Shown: in pieces, positions 1-9,430 of the stretch | How the letters are laid out: each line of letters starts with the position of its first letter | Position numbering within the stretch: position 1 is the stretch's first letter | Assembly (NCBI GenBank): GCA_016201135.1 | Contig: JACQDK010000073.1 | Location: 2,416 to 66,415 of the forward strand | Direction: 5' to 3' | Source of the DNA: Actinomycetota bacterium | Lineage (GTDB): Bacteria; Actinomycetota; UBA4738; HRBIN12 | DNA: 64,000 nt | Position numbers and translations under genes: made by a program | The notes under the pieces: model-generated | Seen by the model: only the letters and a program-made list of their open reading frames with translations | The model's database searches: none | What the model was told of the DNA's origin: nothing

Positions 1-308
1 TTGCCAAGGCCGTCGATGACGGCGATGCCATGGTCCTGCAGAATCTCCCGGGCCTCTGCTGTGGTCTTGCCGGCGATGAGCAAGAGCGGCAGGTCCGGAC
101 GGGCTTGCGCGTAGTGGACGAGCTGCCACGCGGTGGCTGGGTTGGCGTCGCGTTTGAACTCGACGGCGACTGGGGCTCGGTTGTCGGCGAAGCGAAGGAT
201 CGCGTCGATGGCACGATCGGCCCCGCCCGGCTCGGCGATCACGGTCAGGCCCGGGATCTCCCGTAGGATGCGGAGGGCCTCCGCCTCGAAGGGACCCTCG
301 ATCTTCAC
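1..308 (-). CDS. Type IV toxin-antitoxin AbiEi-family antitoxin/regulator, 5' part (runs off the window)
   Basis: Not in ORF track; hand-translated from GTG 308: VKIEGPFEAEALRILREIPGLTV...APVAVEFKRDANPATAWQLVHY...LLLIAGKTTAEAREILQDHGIAVIDGLG; the 'L...GI..ID..G' segment resembles AbiEi_2-type proteins. Confidence 0.55.
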   Translation of the reverse strand, partial: MKIEGPFEAEALRILREIPGLTVIAEPGGADRAIDAILRFADNRAPVAVEFKRDANPATAWQLVHYAQARPDLPLLLIAGKTTAEAREILQDHGIAVIDGLG

Positions 309-319
309 AAGTTCTCTCT

Positions 320-367
320 TATTCACAACGACTGTGAATATAGCTGATTCTGTGAATCTTGACACGG
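320..367 (-). promoter_or_regulatory. Putative promoter with inverted-repeat operator for the AbiEi-like gene
   Basis: Perfect IR TATTCACA-N5-TGTGAATA (320-340), extra TTCACA/TGTGAA half sites; minus strand GTGTCA-N17-TATATT. Confidence 0.5.
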
Positions 368-435
368 GAAAGCATAGAGTCGCTCTGTCCAGGGCGTACC
401 TGCGGGGAGCCGGGCGGCACTCTGCAGGCCACAGG

Positions 436-2808
436 TCACACCGATCGCCCAGACCGGGTGGCTTTCGTGTCGAATCCGAGGCTCGCGAACCCGGGAAGAC
501 GCTTGGCATGCATGCGGGCGAGCACGGGCACACCCGCGTCGACGTAGTCGTGGACCTCGACCTTGGTCTTCTCGTCGGTCGGGCGCAGCACCCGTCCGAC
601 GTACTGGACGATCCTGCCCTTGAAGGCGATCGGGAAGGCGAGGAACAGCGTGTCGAGCGACGGGCAGTCGAATCCTTCGCCGAGGAAGCTGCCGGTGGCG
701 ATGAGGAGGAGGCCGCCGGCAGGGCCACGAGCCGTGAGCTCTGCGATCACCGCCGATCGGGCCTTCTTGCCCATCCCGCCCTGGAGCACGAGCGGCGAGA
801 GACCAAGCCGTCCGAGCTCGGCGACGATCAGGTCGATGTGCTCTGTCCACTGGGTGAGCACGAGGCAGTTCCGACCGTTGGCGACAGCAGCAGCGATGTC
901 CGCGCAGATCGCTCTTGTCCGTTCGGCGTCCGCCACGAGTGCGCGGAACAGCTCCTGGATGCCGAGGTCAGCGGCCTCGGGGATCGTGAGCTTCGTCCGA
1001 TGGACCACGAGCTCGAGCCTGTGAGGCATGGCCTCCGTCGCCGTCGTGATCCGGTGGCGGATCGGTCCGCAATACATGGTGATGAGCCCTTGGAGGCCGT
1101 CGCGCCGGTACGGCGTGGCGGTGAGCCCGAGCCATCGCCGGACCGGGATCTGGCGAACGCAGCGCTCGAAGGTGACCGCAGGCACATGGTGACATTCGTC
1201 GACGACCACCAGTCCGTAACCAGCGGTGAGCTCCGCGATGTCCTCCCGCCGGGCCAGGCTCTGCGCCATGGCGATGTCGACGATGCCTCTCGTTCGGTTG
1301 CGTCCCCCGCCGAGCTGACCGATCGCCTTCGGGTCGAGGCCCAGGTGGGTCGCGAGCCGATCGCGCCACTGCTCGACGAGGGGCTTGCGATCGACGATCA
1401 CCAGCGTCGGACGGTCGTAGTGGGCAATGAGCGCACACGCGATGACCGTCTTGCCGGTGCCGGGAGGAGCGACCAGGACCCCCTGGTCGTTGCAGGCGAT
1501 GGCATCACATGCCAGTTGCTGCTCGGCGGTGAGCCGCGCCCGGAGGCGGAAGCCGACCGGCTCCGGGTCGCGGCACTCGTCGTGGACGCCGAGCCGGCTC
1601 CCCGCCTCGGCGACGATCGAGGCGGCCTGTTCCCGAAGGCCCCTGGGCAACAGCAATCGGTCGAGGGTCTCGCCGTAGCAGCGGATGAACCGCGGGGTGT
1701 TCCAGGTGGAGAGGCGGAGCCGTTCCTTCTCGTAGTACTGGGGATTGTGCAGCGACGCCAGATGCTTGAGGGCCGACAGCAGGGCCGGCGGGATGCCGCT
1801 TCGCTCAACGGCCAGCATCGCACCGGCCCAGGCGTGAATCGTCTCGGGAGGCGCCGGAGCGGGCATCGACGATCGAGGTCGCCGATACGTGGCATCATCG
1901 GGCCCGGCGCCAACCGGCCCGATCGTCTCGACCATGTGCGCCAGCGTCTCCCGCGCCAGCCGCGGGAGGCCGGCGAGATACGCCCACTGGTCCTTGACGG
2001 GTTCGAGCGTCGTCGGGTCGAGGAAGACGGTGGTTCCTTTCTTGCGGCACTGGCCTTGCAGCGGCAGGGCGATGAGGTTGCCGAACGACCCTCTCGGCAT
2101 GAAGTCCTGAGTCGGAAACAGCCGATCGTAGCTAGCGAGGTCGAGCTCGCCGCGTTCGGTCATCGCCTCCCGGAGCAGGTGCACGCCGAGCTGGCGAGCT
2201 GAGGTCGCGGGCACCGGGCCGCTTAACAAGACCCAGACATGGGCACCCTCATCCGAGCGCGACCGCTCGAGTGCCGCAGGGACACCGGCGGCCCGAGCGG
2301 CATCGAGGTAGGCAAGGGCGTCGAGCACCCACCCGGTGCCGTCGAAGTCACACACCAGAAGACGGCAGGCATCGCCCCGGAGCAGCGGGTACAACCCGGC
2401 GTGAATCTCGCCGGCGAGATGGGATGCGATCACCTGGTCGGAGAAGGCCAGGTACTCGCGTCCTTGCTTGCGAGCATTGACCCAGCCACCTCGGACCGCC
2501 GGGCCCCAGCCGGCCTTGCCGGTGCGCTCGTTCTCCCACCTGAGCGCGTACACGTCCTCGCGCCCGGCAAACAGCGATCGGAACAGCGCCACCTTGGCTT
2601 GTTGAGACGACGCCTGGCCAACAGACGCCAACCTGACATCGGCGCCCGGCTCCTGGTCCGGGAACAGGCTGGGCTTCCATGGCTCCACCGGGGCGGTTCG
2701 GGCGGGGTCGTCAAGACCCAACAGGTCGCGCAAACGCCTGTTCTCGGCTTGAAGCGCCGCGAGTTGGCGGCCGAGCTCGGCGATCGAGGGAGAAGATGAC
2801 TCGCTCAC
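436..2808 (-). CDS. AEP primase-like (TOTE-type) domain fused to SF2 DEAD/DEAH helicase
   Basis: AEP motifs VCDFD, ERSRS..GAHVW, GNLIALPLQG; helicase motifs APPGTGKT, DECHH, TAT, GEGFD, QYVGRVLR. Confidence 0.85.
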   Translation of the reverse strand: MSESSSPSIAELGRQLAALQAENRRLRDLLGLDDPARTAPVEPWKPSLFPDQEPGADVRLASVGQASSQQAKVALFRSLFAGREDVYALRWENERTGKAGWGPAVRGGWVNARKQGREYLAFSDQVIASHLAGEIHAGLYPLLRGDACRLLVCDFDGTGWVLDALAYLDAARAAGVPAALERSRSDEGAHVWVLLSGPVPATSARQLGVHLLREAMTERGELDLASYDRLFPTQDFMPRGSFGNLIALPLQGQCRKKGTTVFLDPTTLEPVKDQWAYLAGLPRLARETLAHMVETIGPVGAGPDDATYRRPRSSMPAPAPPETIHAWAGAMLAVERSGIPPALLSALKHLASLHNPQYYEKERLRLSTWNTPRFIRCYGETLDRLLLPRGLREQAASIVAEAGSRLGVHDECRDPEPVGFRLRARLTAEQQLACDAIACNDQGVLVAPPGTGKTVIACALIAHYDRPTLVIVDRKPLVEQWRDRLATHLGLDPKAIGQLGGGRNRTRGIVDIAMAQSLARREDIAELTAGYGLVVVDECHHVPAVTFERCVRQIPVRRWLGLTATPYRRDGLQGLITMYCGPIRHRITTATEAMPHRLELVVHRTKLTIPEAADLGIQELFRALVADAERTRAICADIAAAVANGRNCLVLTQWTEHIDLIVAELGRLGLSPLVLQGGMGKKARSAVIAELTARGPAGGLLLIATGSFLGEGFDCPSLDTLFLAFPIAFKGRIVQYVGRVLRPTDEKTKVEVHDYVDAGVPVLARMHAKRLPGFASLGFDTKATRSGRSV

Positions 2809-2934
2809 GTCGGTCTCCCCATGACATCCGGGTGATCGCGGTGTCCGGAGTCAGTCGTCATCCTGCATCTCCGCTTGCCCCTGGCCCCGGCGAACAGGTT
2901 GAGTATGCCGCCAAGGCGCTCCACCCTGTCCCTG

Positions 2935-3460
2935 AAGTACTCGTACATTGCCCGCAGGCGCTTTCGCAGGTGTTCGTCGTCGGGGGCGAACGTCGCTCGT
3001 CGCCGTTGGGTGGAGCGTGCCTGTCCGACCAGGGCGCAGGCCATTCTCTCTGAGACCCCGAAGCGCCGGCAAAGGTGGGGGGCCACCCGTCTGCAGCGTT
3101 CGGGGCTCAGAAGTTTCCCCGAGCCACCTCCTTTAGCATGTCGATGTCAAGCGCCTGGTCGGCGACGATCTTCTTCAGGCGGGTGTTCTCTTCTGCAGGT
3201 TCTTCAGCACCACGACGTCTTCTGGGCGCATGGAGTGGTACTGGTGCTTCCAGCGATGGTAGGTCTGGACCGAGATCTCCAGGCGACGCATCACCTCGGG
3301 GAGCTCGATGCCCTCCTCGAGCAGGCACTCGGCCTCACGCAGCTTGCGGATGACCTGCTCGGGGGTGTGGCGCTTCCTCTTCATGAGGGTCACCTCCTGC
3401 CCCTTCGGGGCAGTCGTGACTCTCATAGCACGCGTGGACTCGTTTACGGGGGTCAGTTAC
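2935..3460 (-). mobile_element. IS3-family insertion sequence remnant (frameshifted orfA, truncated orfB)
   Basis: orfA from ATG 3384 MKRKRHTPEQVIRKLREAE... continues in another frame as EENTRLKKIVADQALDIDMLKEVARGNF; orfB start FGVSERMACALVGQARSTQR stops before the DDE domain; end GTAACTGACCCCCG near 3460. Confidence 0.85.
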
Positions 3461-3697
3461 GGTCAGCCGGACCCCGGCGCGCAGAGTTTGGTAGGCGGGG
3501 GGCCGGGTGCCTCCGTTCGCCAGCCACGTTCCGGCCGTCTGCAGATCGCGGTACCCGAGGGCGGGTTAGATCGAACCTTTCAAGGCAGCGGTAGCCGCTG
3601 CCGGAGGCGCATCAGGCGTCGCAGGTCTGGTCCAAGGCCCCCTTGGGGCACGAACCTGCGCACCGTCGACGCGGCGCTCCCGTCGGCGCAAGGGGCC

Positions 3698-3785
3698 TCA
3701 GGCGACGCGACCCCACGCCCTCGCGCTCACCCAGACACGCGGGCCCGGCTCACCACGGTTCGTACGCTGGAACCTTCGCCTCCGC
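3698..3785. repeat. 88-bp direct repeat copy A: recombinase C-terminal fragment plus att half-site
   Basis: 70/88 nt identical to 27639-27726; minus strand encodes RRRRFQRTNRGEPGPRVWVSARAWGRVA*. Confidence 0.85.
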
Positions 3786-3912
3786 AAATTACACGAATGT
3801 AGTTTAGATAGGAGTGCCTGTACGCTGCGGCCGAACACCTCGTGGACGCCTGCCGTCGAACTCTCGGGTTGGCGCATGAAACGTCTCTCGGCCCGTACGC
3901 TCGACTTCTGGA

Positions 3913-4119
3913 TCAGGGAGTAGGCTGCTCCTGCGCAGCGGGACCCTCTTGGGAATGAAGGCGGCATCGCGTCACTATCAGGTTCCCCTCCCCCAGAAAC
4001 TCCCGGGGAAACACCCACTCGCACCGGATGCAGACCCGGTCGCCTGCTCTGAGCCACCCACGTGTCTCGGGGAGATCCCGGGCCCGGGCGAGCTCCGAAC
4101 CGCAGCACCCGCAGATCAT
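3913..4119 (-). CDS. Small Cys-rich (zinc-ribbon-like) protein
   Basis: MICGCCG...VCIRCEW; ATGA overlap with the upstream CBS stop codon. Confidence 0.5.
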   Translation of the reverse strand: MICGCCGSELARARDLPETRGWLRAGDRVCIRCEWVFPREFLGEGNLIVTRCRLHSQEGPAAQEQPTP

Positions 4120-4796
4120 TTTCGGCTCGTCTCCTCCGCGTCGGATCGCCGGAACAAGCCGACCAAGCGTCCCTCGGACGTGGTAACGAGTGCTGTGGAG
4201 ATGTCGCGCTCGTCCATAAAGCGCGTCATCTCCTCCACGACGACGTTCGGACGGAACGTACTCGGACCCGAGCGCATCACATCTTCGGCTGCCGTGGAGC
4301 TATCGCTTGAGAGCTCGCTCGCGAAGAGCCGGCCGAGCACGACCCCTTCGTCGTTCACCACGATACAGGTGTCCCACCCGGCAGCCCGAACGCGCTCAGC
4401 CACGCCGGACACGGCTTCGTCCAGCCGGCAGGTCGGGACGTCGGACCTAGCGAGACTGCCGACCCGAGGGACCTCCGCCCGCTCGCCTTCGATCGGACGG
4501 CCACGGGCGAACCAGTCGGCCTTTCCCGCGGCGTAGTCGTACACCTTCCGAAACCCCAGGCTCTCGAGCCGCCACGCGGCTCGTGGACTCATGTCTCACT
4601 GGTAATCGTGGCAGTACACGATCACCGGCGCGTCGCGGTTCAGGCGAGCGACCCGCTCACGGTCCAGCTCTTTCAGAGGGAGGTTGATCGCCCCCGGGAG
4701 GTGTTCCTCCCGGTACTCGTCCACCGGAAGGACCTCGACCAGCTGGGCGCCCTCCGAGAGCAGCCCCACGACTTCGTCGGCGTCGATGGCTCTCAC
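4116..4796 (-). CDS. Rhodanese + CBS-pair protein, predicted selenoprotein (UGA at 4596-4598)
   Basis: Two track ORFs are in frame and separated only by TGA-GAC: ...VIVYCHDYQ[TGA]DMSPRAAWRLESLGFRKVYDYAAGKADW; RBS AAGGAG before GTG 4796. Confidence 0.8.
4565..4583 (-). promoter_or_regulatory. Candidate bacterial SECIS hairpin
   Basis: mRNA CGAGCCGC-GUG-GCGGCUCG, 8-bp stem starting 12 nt after the UGA, apical loop starting with G. Confidence 0.6.
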
Positions 4797-4857
4797 GTCC
4801 CGCCCTCCTTTCTCCTGTCTCCTGCTTCCTGGTGGACTCGCTGCTCGACGGAAAGAC

Positions 4858-4875
4858 TCCTACCCGTTCATAGTA
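4858..4875. promoter_or_regulatory. Candidate BlaI/CopY-type operator (degenerate)
   Basis: TCCTAC-N6-ATAGTA in the divergent intergenic region. Confidence 0.45.
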
Positions 4876-4943
4876 GAAGCCGTCGATGTGGGCAAATCGG
4901 CTTGCTGGGACCCTGGGCGCGTCAACGAGCGACTAAGAATCGG

Positions 4944-7061
4944 ATGTCTGAGGACCTGAGCGTCAACCCGTGGGCCGACGTTGCACGGGTCGGGATGGGC
5001 CCGGGCGGCACCGTCAGCTTGGTCGAGGGCTCCACGTTCCTCATCTCGGATGCGTGGGGCGACGTGCTGCCAGGCGGGGCTCAGGGGCTCTTTCATCGAG
5101 ACACGCGGTTCCTTTCCCGGCTCGAGCTGCTCGTTGACGGGCAGAGGCCAGAGGCCCTGGCGGCCCGGGCAGTCGACCCGTACTCCGCCCGGTTCGTCCT
5201 CCGTGTGCCGTTGGAGGGGCCTGGTGAGTCCCCCATCGTGGCGGTGCGGAACCGGTTCGTCGGTGATGGTCTTCATGAGGACCTGGACATCACGAACCAC
5301 GGGCTGGAGCCAGTCAAGCTCACCGTGGAGTTCCTGATCGAGGCCGACTTCGCCGACCTGTTCGAGGTGAAGGCCCTTGGTGGCGCGGGGACGGCGGACA
5401 TCACGCGCCGCGTCGTCCCGGAGGAACGCCTCCTAGAGCTCGAGTATGCGCACGACGGCTTCCGCCGCGCCACGGAGGTCCGCCTCACAGCCCGCCCTGA
5501 GGAGATCACGACGTCGGGAGCCCGGTTCCGTGTAACACTCTCGCCCGACGAGACGTGGCACACGTGCGTCGAGGTGTGCCTCAACCTAGGTGCGGCCCGG
5601 TGCCTCCCCAAGTGCAGGTGCGAGGCTTTTGGAAGTCTCGCCGTCCCCCTTGCGAAGCGGGCAGCGGTCTGGCGCGCGGCGTTCCCGGAGCTCCGGTCGG
5701 GCTGGGACGCCTTGAACCACCTGTACCGGCAGGGTGTGGGCGACCTCACCGCCCTACTCATGGAGGACCCGGACGGGCAGGGCGACCTCGTCGTGGCGGC
5801 CGGTCTCCCCTGGTTCATGACCCTCTTCGGACGCGACGCCATCCTCACCGCCTTTATGACACTCCCATTCGACCGCGAGCTGGCCGCTGGGGTGCTTCGC
5901 ACCCTCGCGCGACACCAGGGGGAGAAGGAGGACGAGACGTCAGAGGAGCAGCCCGGCAAGATCCTGCACGAGATTCGCTTCGGCGAGGTGGCCGTTCGCG
6001 GAGGTACGGACGTCTACTACGGCACCGTCGACGCCACACCCCTCTTCGTGATCCTCGTGGCGGAGGCGCATCGATGGGGACTTGCCTGGGACGAGGTGAA
6101 GGCCCTGCTGCCGAACGTGCGACGAGCGCTCGAGTGGATGCGGACGCACGGTGACCCCGACGGCGACGGCTACCTCGAGTACCCGGGGCGGACCGACCGG
6201 GGCCTGCGGAACCAGGGGTGGAAGGACTCTTGGGACGCGGTCCAGTTCGCCGACGGCGCCCTGGCGGAAGGCCCGATCGCCCTCGCCGAGGTTCAAGGCT
6301 ACAAGTACCGCGCGCTCCTGGATGCTGCGCAGCTGTTCGACGCGGCCGAGGAGGATGTGGAGGCCACGATCGCGCGCCGGGAGGCCGCCGCCTTGGCCGA
6401 GAGGTTCCGCCGCGACTTCTGGCTCGAGGAGGGCGGCTATCCGGCCCTGGCGCTGGACGGCAAGAAGCGGCGCGTCGATGCAGTGGCGTCCAACGCGGGA
6501 CATCTGCTCTGGACCGGGATCCTCTCGGCCGAGCAGGAGAAGGAGGTGGCCCGGCGGATCGTCTCCCCGGAACTCTTCAGCGGATGGGGCCTCCGCACGC
6601 TCGCGACGTCGAACCGCGGCTACAAACCCGTCTCCTACCACGTCGGCAGCGTGTGGCCGCACGATACTGCGATCGCCATCGCAGGCCTGGCTCGAGCGGG
6701 CTTCGTCGAGGAAGCCCTCACACTCGCGCAAGGGCTCTTGGACGCGGCTCCCCACTTCTCGTACCGGCTCCCGGAGCTTTTCTCGGGGTTCCCCCAGGAT
6801 AACTTCGGCTTCCCGGTCGGCTACCCGACGACATCGAGTCCCCAGGCATGGGCGGCTGCTTCAGTGCTGCTCGTGATCCGCGCCCTCTTGGGGCTCGAAC
6901 CGACCGAAGACGGGTTGAGCATCCGACCGGTCCTCCCGGCCAACGCTCTTCCGATCGGGCTGGAAGGGCTTCGCAGAGGCTCCGTGCGTCTCTCGATCAA
7001 CGCGGCCGTCGATGGATCGGTGGAGCTCACGGAGCTGGCCGAGACAAGACCCGTTGGCTGA
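4944..7061 (+). CDS. Amylo-alpha-1,6-glucosidase / glycogen-debranching family protein
   Basis: GLFHRDTRFLS, AAGLPWFMTLFGRD, YYGTVDATPLF, NQGWKDS, YHVGSVWPHD, RLPELF, PQAWAA. Confidence 0.9.
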   Translation: MSEDLSVNPWADVARVGMGPGGTVSLVEGSTFLISDAWGDVLPGGAQGLFHRDTRFLSRLELLVDGQRPEALAARAVDPYSARFVLRVPLEGPGESPIVAVRNRFVGDGLHEDLDITNHGLEPVKLTVEFLIEADFADLFEVKALGGAGTADITRRVVPEERLLELEYAHDGFRRATEVRLTARPEEITTSGARFRVTLSPDETWHTCVEVCLNLGAARCLPKCRCEAFGSLAVPLAKRAAVWRAAFPELRSGWDALNHLYRQGVGDLTALLMEDPDGQGDLVVAAGLPWFMTLFGRDAILTAFMTLPFDRELAAGVLRTLARHQGEKEDETSEEQPGKILHEIRFGEVAVRGGTDVYYGTVDATPLFVILVAEAHRWGLAWDEVKALLPNVRRALEWMRTHGDPDGDGYLEYPGRTDRGLRNQGWKDSWDAVQFADGALAEGPIALAEVQGYKYRALLDAAQLFDAAEEDVEATIARREAAALAERFRRDFWLEEGGYPALALDGKKRRVDAVASNAGHLLWTGILSAEQEKEVARRIVSPELFSGWGLRTLATSNRGYKPVSYHVGSVWPHDTAIAIAGLARAGFVEEALTLAQGLLDAAPHFSYRLPELFSGFPQDNFGFPVGYPTTSSPQAWAAASVLLVIRALLGLEPTEDGLSIRPVLPANALPIGLEGLRRGSVRLSINAAVDGSVELTELAETRPVG

Positions 7062-7221
7062 GTGAGACTGTCGCCCTCCATGGAGCGGGAACCTCGCCGC
7101 TCTACATCACCAGGTCACAAGGCACGTGTCGCCCGGCCCGGGCCGAACGGAGCCTGCGAGACCGCGCATCCTCGCGCCCACCGGCATCGGAGATAGCCCG
7201 CTTCGCAGTTACGGCCGATCC

Positions 7222-7602
7222 CTACCCGGCTGCCTGCATCGACGCCATGACGTCTTGCCGGGCCTCATCGGGCAGGCCCTGCAACCCGGCCTGCGTGGCG
7301 CCCATCTCGCGCTGGCGCGCCTCTTCGGGCAGCTCGCCCAGGACCGATAGGTGGGTCCGGATCAAGCTCACCTGAGTCTCGCGAGGGAGCTCCGACAGTG
7401 CCCACGTCCGGCTCGCCACGAGCTTCTCGTGGTCGTCGTCGGAGAGCGCGTGGATCGCGTGGAGCATCTGCCCCATCGCCTGCCTGCGCTCCTCGTCACC
7501 CATGGCCGCGAACGCCTCGAGCCGAGACCGGAGCATCGTCCGGCGCGCGTTCTCGTCCAGGCTCGCCAGGGTCGCCGCCATATCCTCCATCCCCATCGAC
7601 AT
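7222..7602 (-). CDS. Soluble protein made of about six 19-aa helical repeats (unknown function)
   Basis: RBS GAAGGAG; repeats such as SRTWALSELPRETQVSLIR / THLSVLGELPEEARQREMG / ATQAGLQGLPDEARQDVMA. Confidence 0.75.
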   Translation of the reverse strand: MSMGMEDMAATLASLDENARRTMLRSRLEAFAAMGDEERRQAMGQMLHAIHALSDDDHEKLVASRTWALSELPRETQVSLIRTHLSVLGELPEEARQREMGATQAGLQGLPDEARQDVMASMQAAG

Positions 7603-7639
7603 CGTTGTCTCCTTCCCCGCGCTTCTCGCGCGCACTTCC

Positions 7640-8962
7640 TCAGGCCGAGACGAGCCCGGCCATCGTCTCCATCACCGGCTGGCGTTTGTCCTCCGGCAGC
7701 TCGGATACGGACGTCATCATCGCCTTCATGACCTCCCGTCTTGCGTCCTCCGGAAGCTCGCCGAGACACGCCGCGTTCGAGCGCATCACCGCATCCCGAG
7801 ACTCGGCGGGCAACTCCGCAAGCACCCCAACCATCGACTCCAGGAAGCGGAGCCGGCGTGCTTCTCCGGCCCGCACCAGACCCTCCAGCATCCGGCGCAT
7901 GTTGCCGCGCCTCTGCGACTCGGGTTGTACCGCAAGGACTGCGACGCGCCGCCTTACGAACTCCCGTCGGCGGTCGTCCTCGAGGTCGCAAACCCGTCCT
8001 GTCATGATGCGCGCGGTCGCCCTCCACTCGTTGCGCACCGCCGCAGCCCGCAGCGGAACGGCCAGAAGGAAACCCGCCCCTACCAGCGAGAGCCCCATGG
8101 CGAACCCGGCCGGGTTCGAGCCGGGATGGAACCACAGCCATTGGTTCATGAACGAGGACGCGAGACCGTAGATCATCCCGACGAAGCTCGCGTAGAGCAG
8201 GAGCTGCTTCGCGATCGTCTGCCACCAGCGCTCGTCGCCCTCCCGGATCGCCACCTTGAGCAGCGGACGTGCGATCACGAGCAGGACGAAGGCTCCGCCG
8301 ACGATCGACCAGGTCACCCACAGCTTGGGATAGATCGTGGTGAACGGGATCGCACCCATGAACGCGTTGAGGAGCCCGTACATCAGGATCCCCAATCCCA
8401 GGAACAGGACGCTCTCCCGCAGGGCGATCGCCCACCACGAGGTCGCCCAGGGCTCCCCGAGGAGCCGGCCCCGGCGCATCAGCATCTTGAGCATGCCCCG
8501 TACCGGGATGATCGTGAGGATCCCCCAGAAGGCGAGCGTGAAGCCCCACCAGTTCCAGGCCGGAAGCCTGAATTCCGGCTGGAAGGCGAGCATCAGGCCG
8601 AGCCCGGTGAGGATGACGCCCTTCACCAGGTTCACGCCGCCGGGGAGGATCAGGTCGGGGCGGAAACCGAGCCCCGGTAGGTAGTCACCCTGCGCCTGCG
8701 GCAGGGCGAGAACGGCGGCGGAGAGCCAGAACAGCCCGAGGCCCACCAGCAGCAGGGTGGCCTGGGTCGAGAGGGGCTCGATGTTCGACGACAACACCGA
8801 GCCGATGTAGAGGAACAACGGCATGAACACGACGCCGGTGATGAACACCGGGGTCTTGTAGGCGAGGTAGGCCGGCCTTCCCGCCCACGGGTACAGCATC
8901 AACGCGACCACGGTGGACACCAGGACGACGTCCACGTAGGTGCCGATCGAAAGCGGCTGCAT
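7640..8962 (-). CDS. Polytopic membrane protein with six C-terminal 19-aa repeats
   Basis: About 10-11 hydrophobic segments followed by SMVGVLAELPAESRDAVMR-type repeats; RBS GAGG. Confidence 0.8.
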   Translation of the reverse strand: MQPLSIGTYVDVVLVSTVVALMLYPWAGRPAYLAYKTPVFITGVVFMPLFLYIGSVLSSNIEPLSTQATLLLVGLGLFWLSAAVLALPQAQGDYLPGLGFRPDLILPGGVNLVKGVILTGLGLMLAFQPEFRLPAWNWWGFTLAFWGILTIIPVRGMLKMLMRRGRLLGEPWATSWWAIALRESVLFLGLGILMYGLLNAFMGAIPFTTIYPKLWVTWSIVGGAFVLLVIARPLLKVAIREGDERWWQTIAKQLLLYASFVGMIYGLASSFMNQWLWFHPGSNPAGFAMGLSLVGAGFLLAVPLRAAAVRNEWRATARIMTGRVCDLEDDRRREFVRRRVAVLAVQPESQRRGNMRRMLEGLVRAGEARRLRFLESMVGVLAELPAESRDAVMRSNAACLGELPEDARREVMKAMMTSVSELPEDKRQPVMETMAGLVSA

Positions 8963-8974
8963 CCCCTCACCTCC

Positions 8975-9112
8975 TCAGAACGCTCGAAGCAGCCTGTACG
9001 CGAGGTACAGCCCTGCCGACGTGACGGCCACGCCGATGAGGGCCAGATACACGAACGCGAGGACCAGAACGGGCGCGCTCACGTCGAAACCGAAGGCAGC
9101 CAGGATGTTCAC
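8975..9112 (-). CDS. Small membrane protein (45 aa)
   Basis: GTG with GGAGGAG RBS and GTGA overlap; MNILAAFGFDVSAPVLVLAFVYLALIGVAVTSAGLYLAYRLLRAF. Confidence 0.6.
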   Translation of the reverse strand: MNILAAFGFDVSAPVLVLAFVYLALIGVAVTSAGLYLAYRLLRAF

Positions 9113-9312
9113 GATCCCTCCTCCGAACTCGTCCCCCAGGCCAGGAGCGAGACCAGGGTCGCGGCCGCCGGGAGGGCCAGCCCCACCGCGGCGCCGATGA
9201 CCGCCTGGCCTTCCTGGAACAGCCGGTACATGGCGAAGGTCCATCCGAGCAAGACGCCGATCACCGCGAGCCAGAGGGCCACGAGACCGACGGCGATGCG
9301 GCCGCTAGTCAT
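9109..9312 (-). CDS. Small two-TM membrane protein (67 aa)
   Basis: MTSGRIAVGLVALWLAVIGVLLGWTFAMY...; RBS GGAGG; overlaps both neighbours. Confidence 0.6.
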   Translation of the reverse strand: MTSGRIAVGLVALWLAVIGVLLGWTFAMYRLFQEGQAVIGAAVGLALPAAATLVSLLAWGTSSEEGS

Positions 9313-9430
9313 CCTTCCCTCCCTTCGCCCGAGCGACGTCCGCTCCCCTTCCCTCCCGCAAGCCCCACCAGAAGGCAAGGGAGAGAACGACGATGTTGAG
9401 CACGAGCCGAACCGCCTCGTTGTTGACCAT
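9305..9430 (-). CDS. Single-TM micro-protein (41 aa)
   Basis: AAGGAGG RBS, TGATG coupling to the PIG-L gene; MVNNEAVRLVLNIVVLSLAFWWGLREG... Confidence 0.55.
   Translation of the reverse strand: MVNNEAVRLVLNIVVLSLAFWWGLREGRGADVARAKGGKDD

Noticed and set aside
133..2202. Long antisense or alternate-frame ORFs (e.g. 133-2202, 12378-14114, 47227-49710, 57265-59541)
   Set aside because: Shadow frames of real genes in high-GC DNA; Arg/Gly/Pro-rich with no motifs.
3756..3790. GGTTCG...CCTCCGC resembling a tRNA 3' end
   Set aside because: No cloverleaf; better explained as an att arm and core.
3698..4108. 136-aa ORF as a real gene
   Set aside because: Only the last 28 codons show conservation; the rest crosses the att junction and overlaps another ORF.
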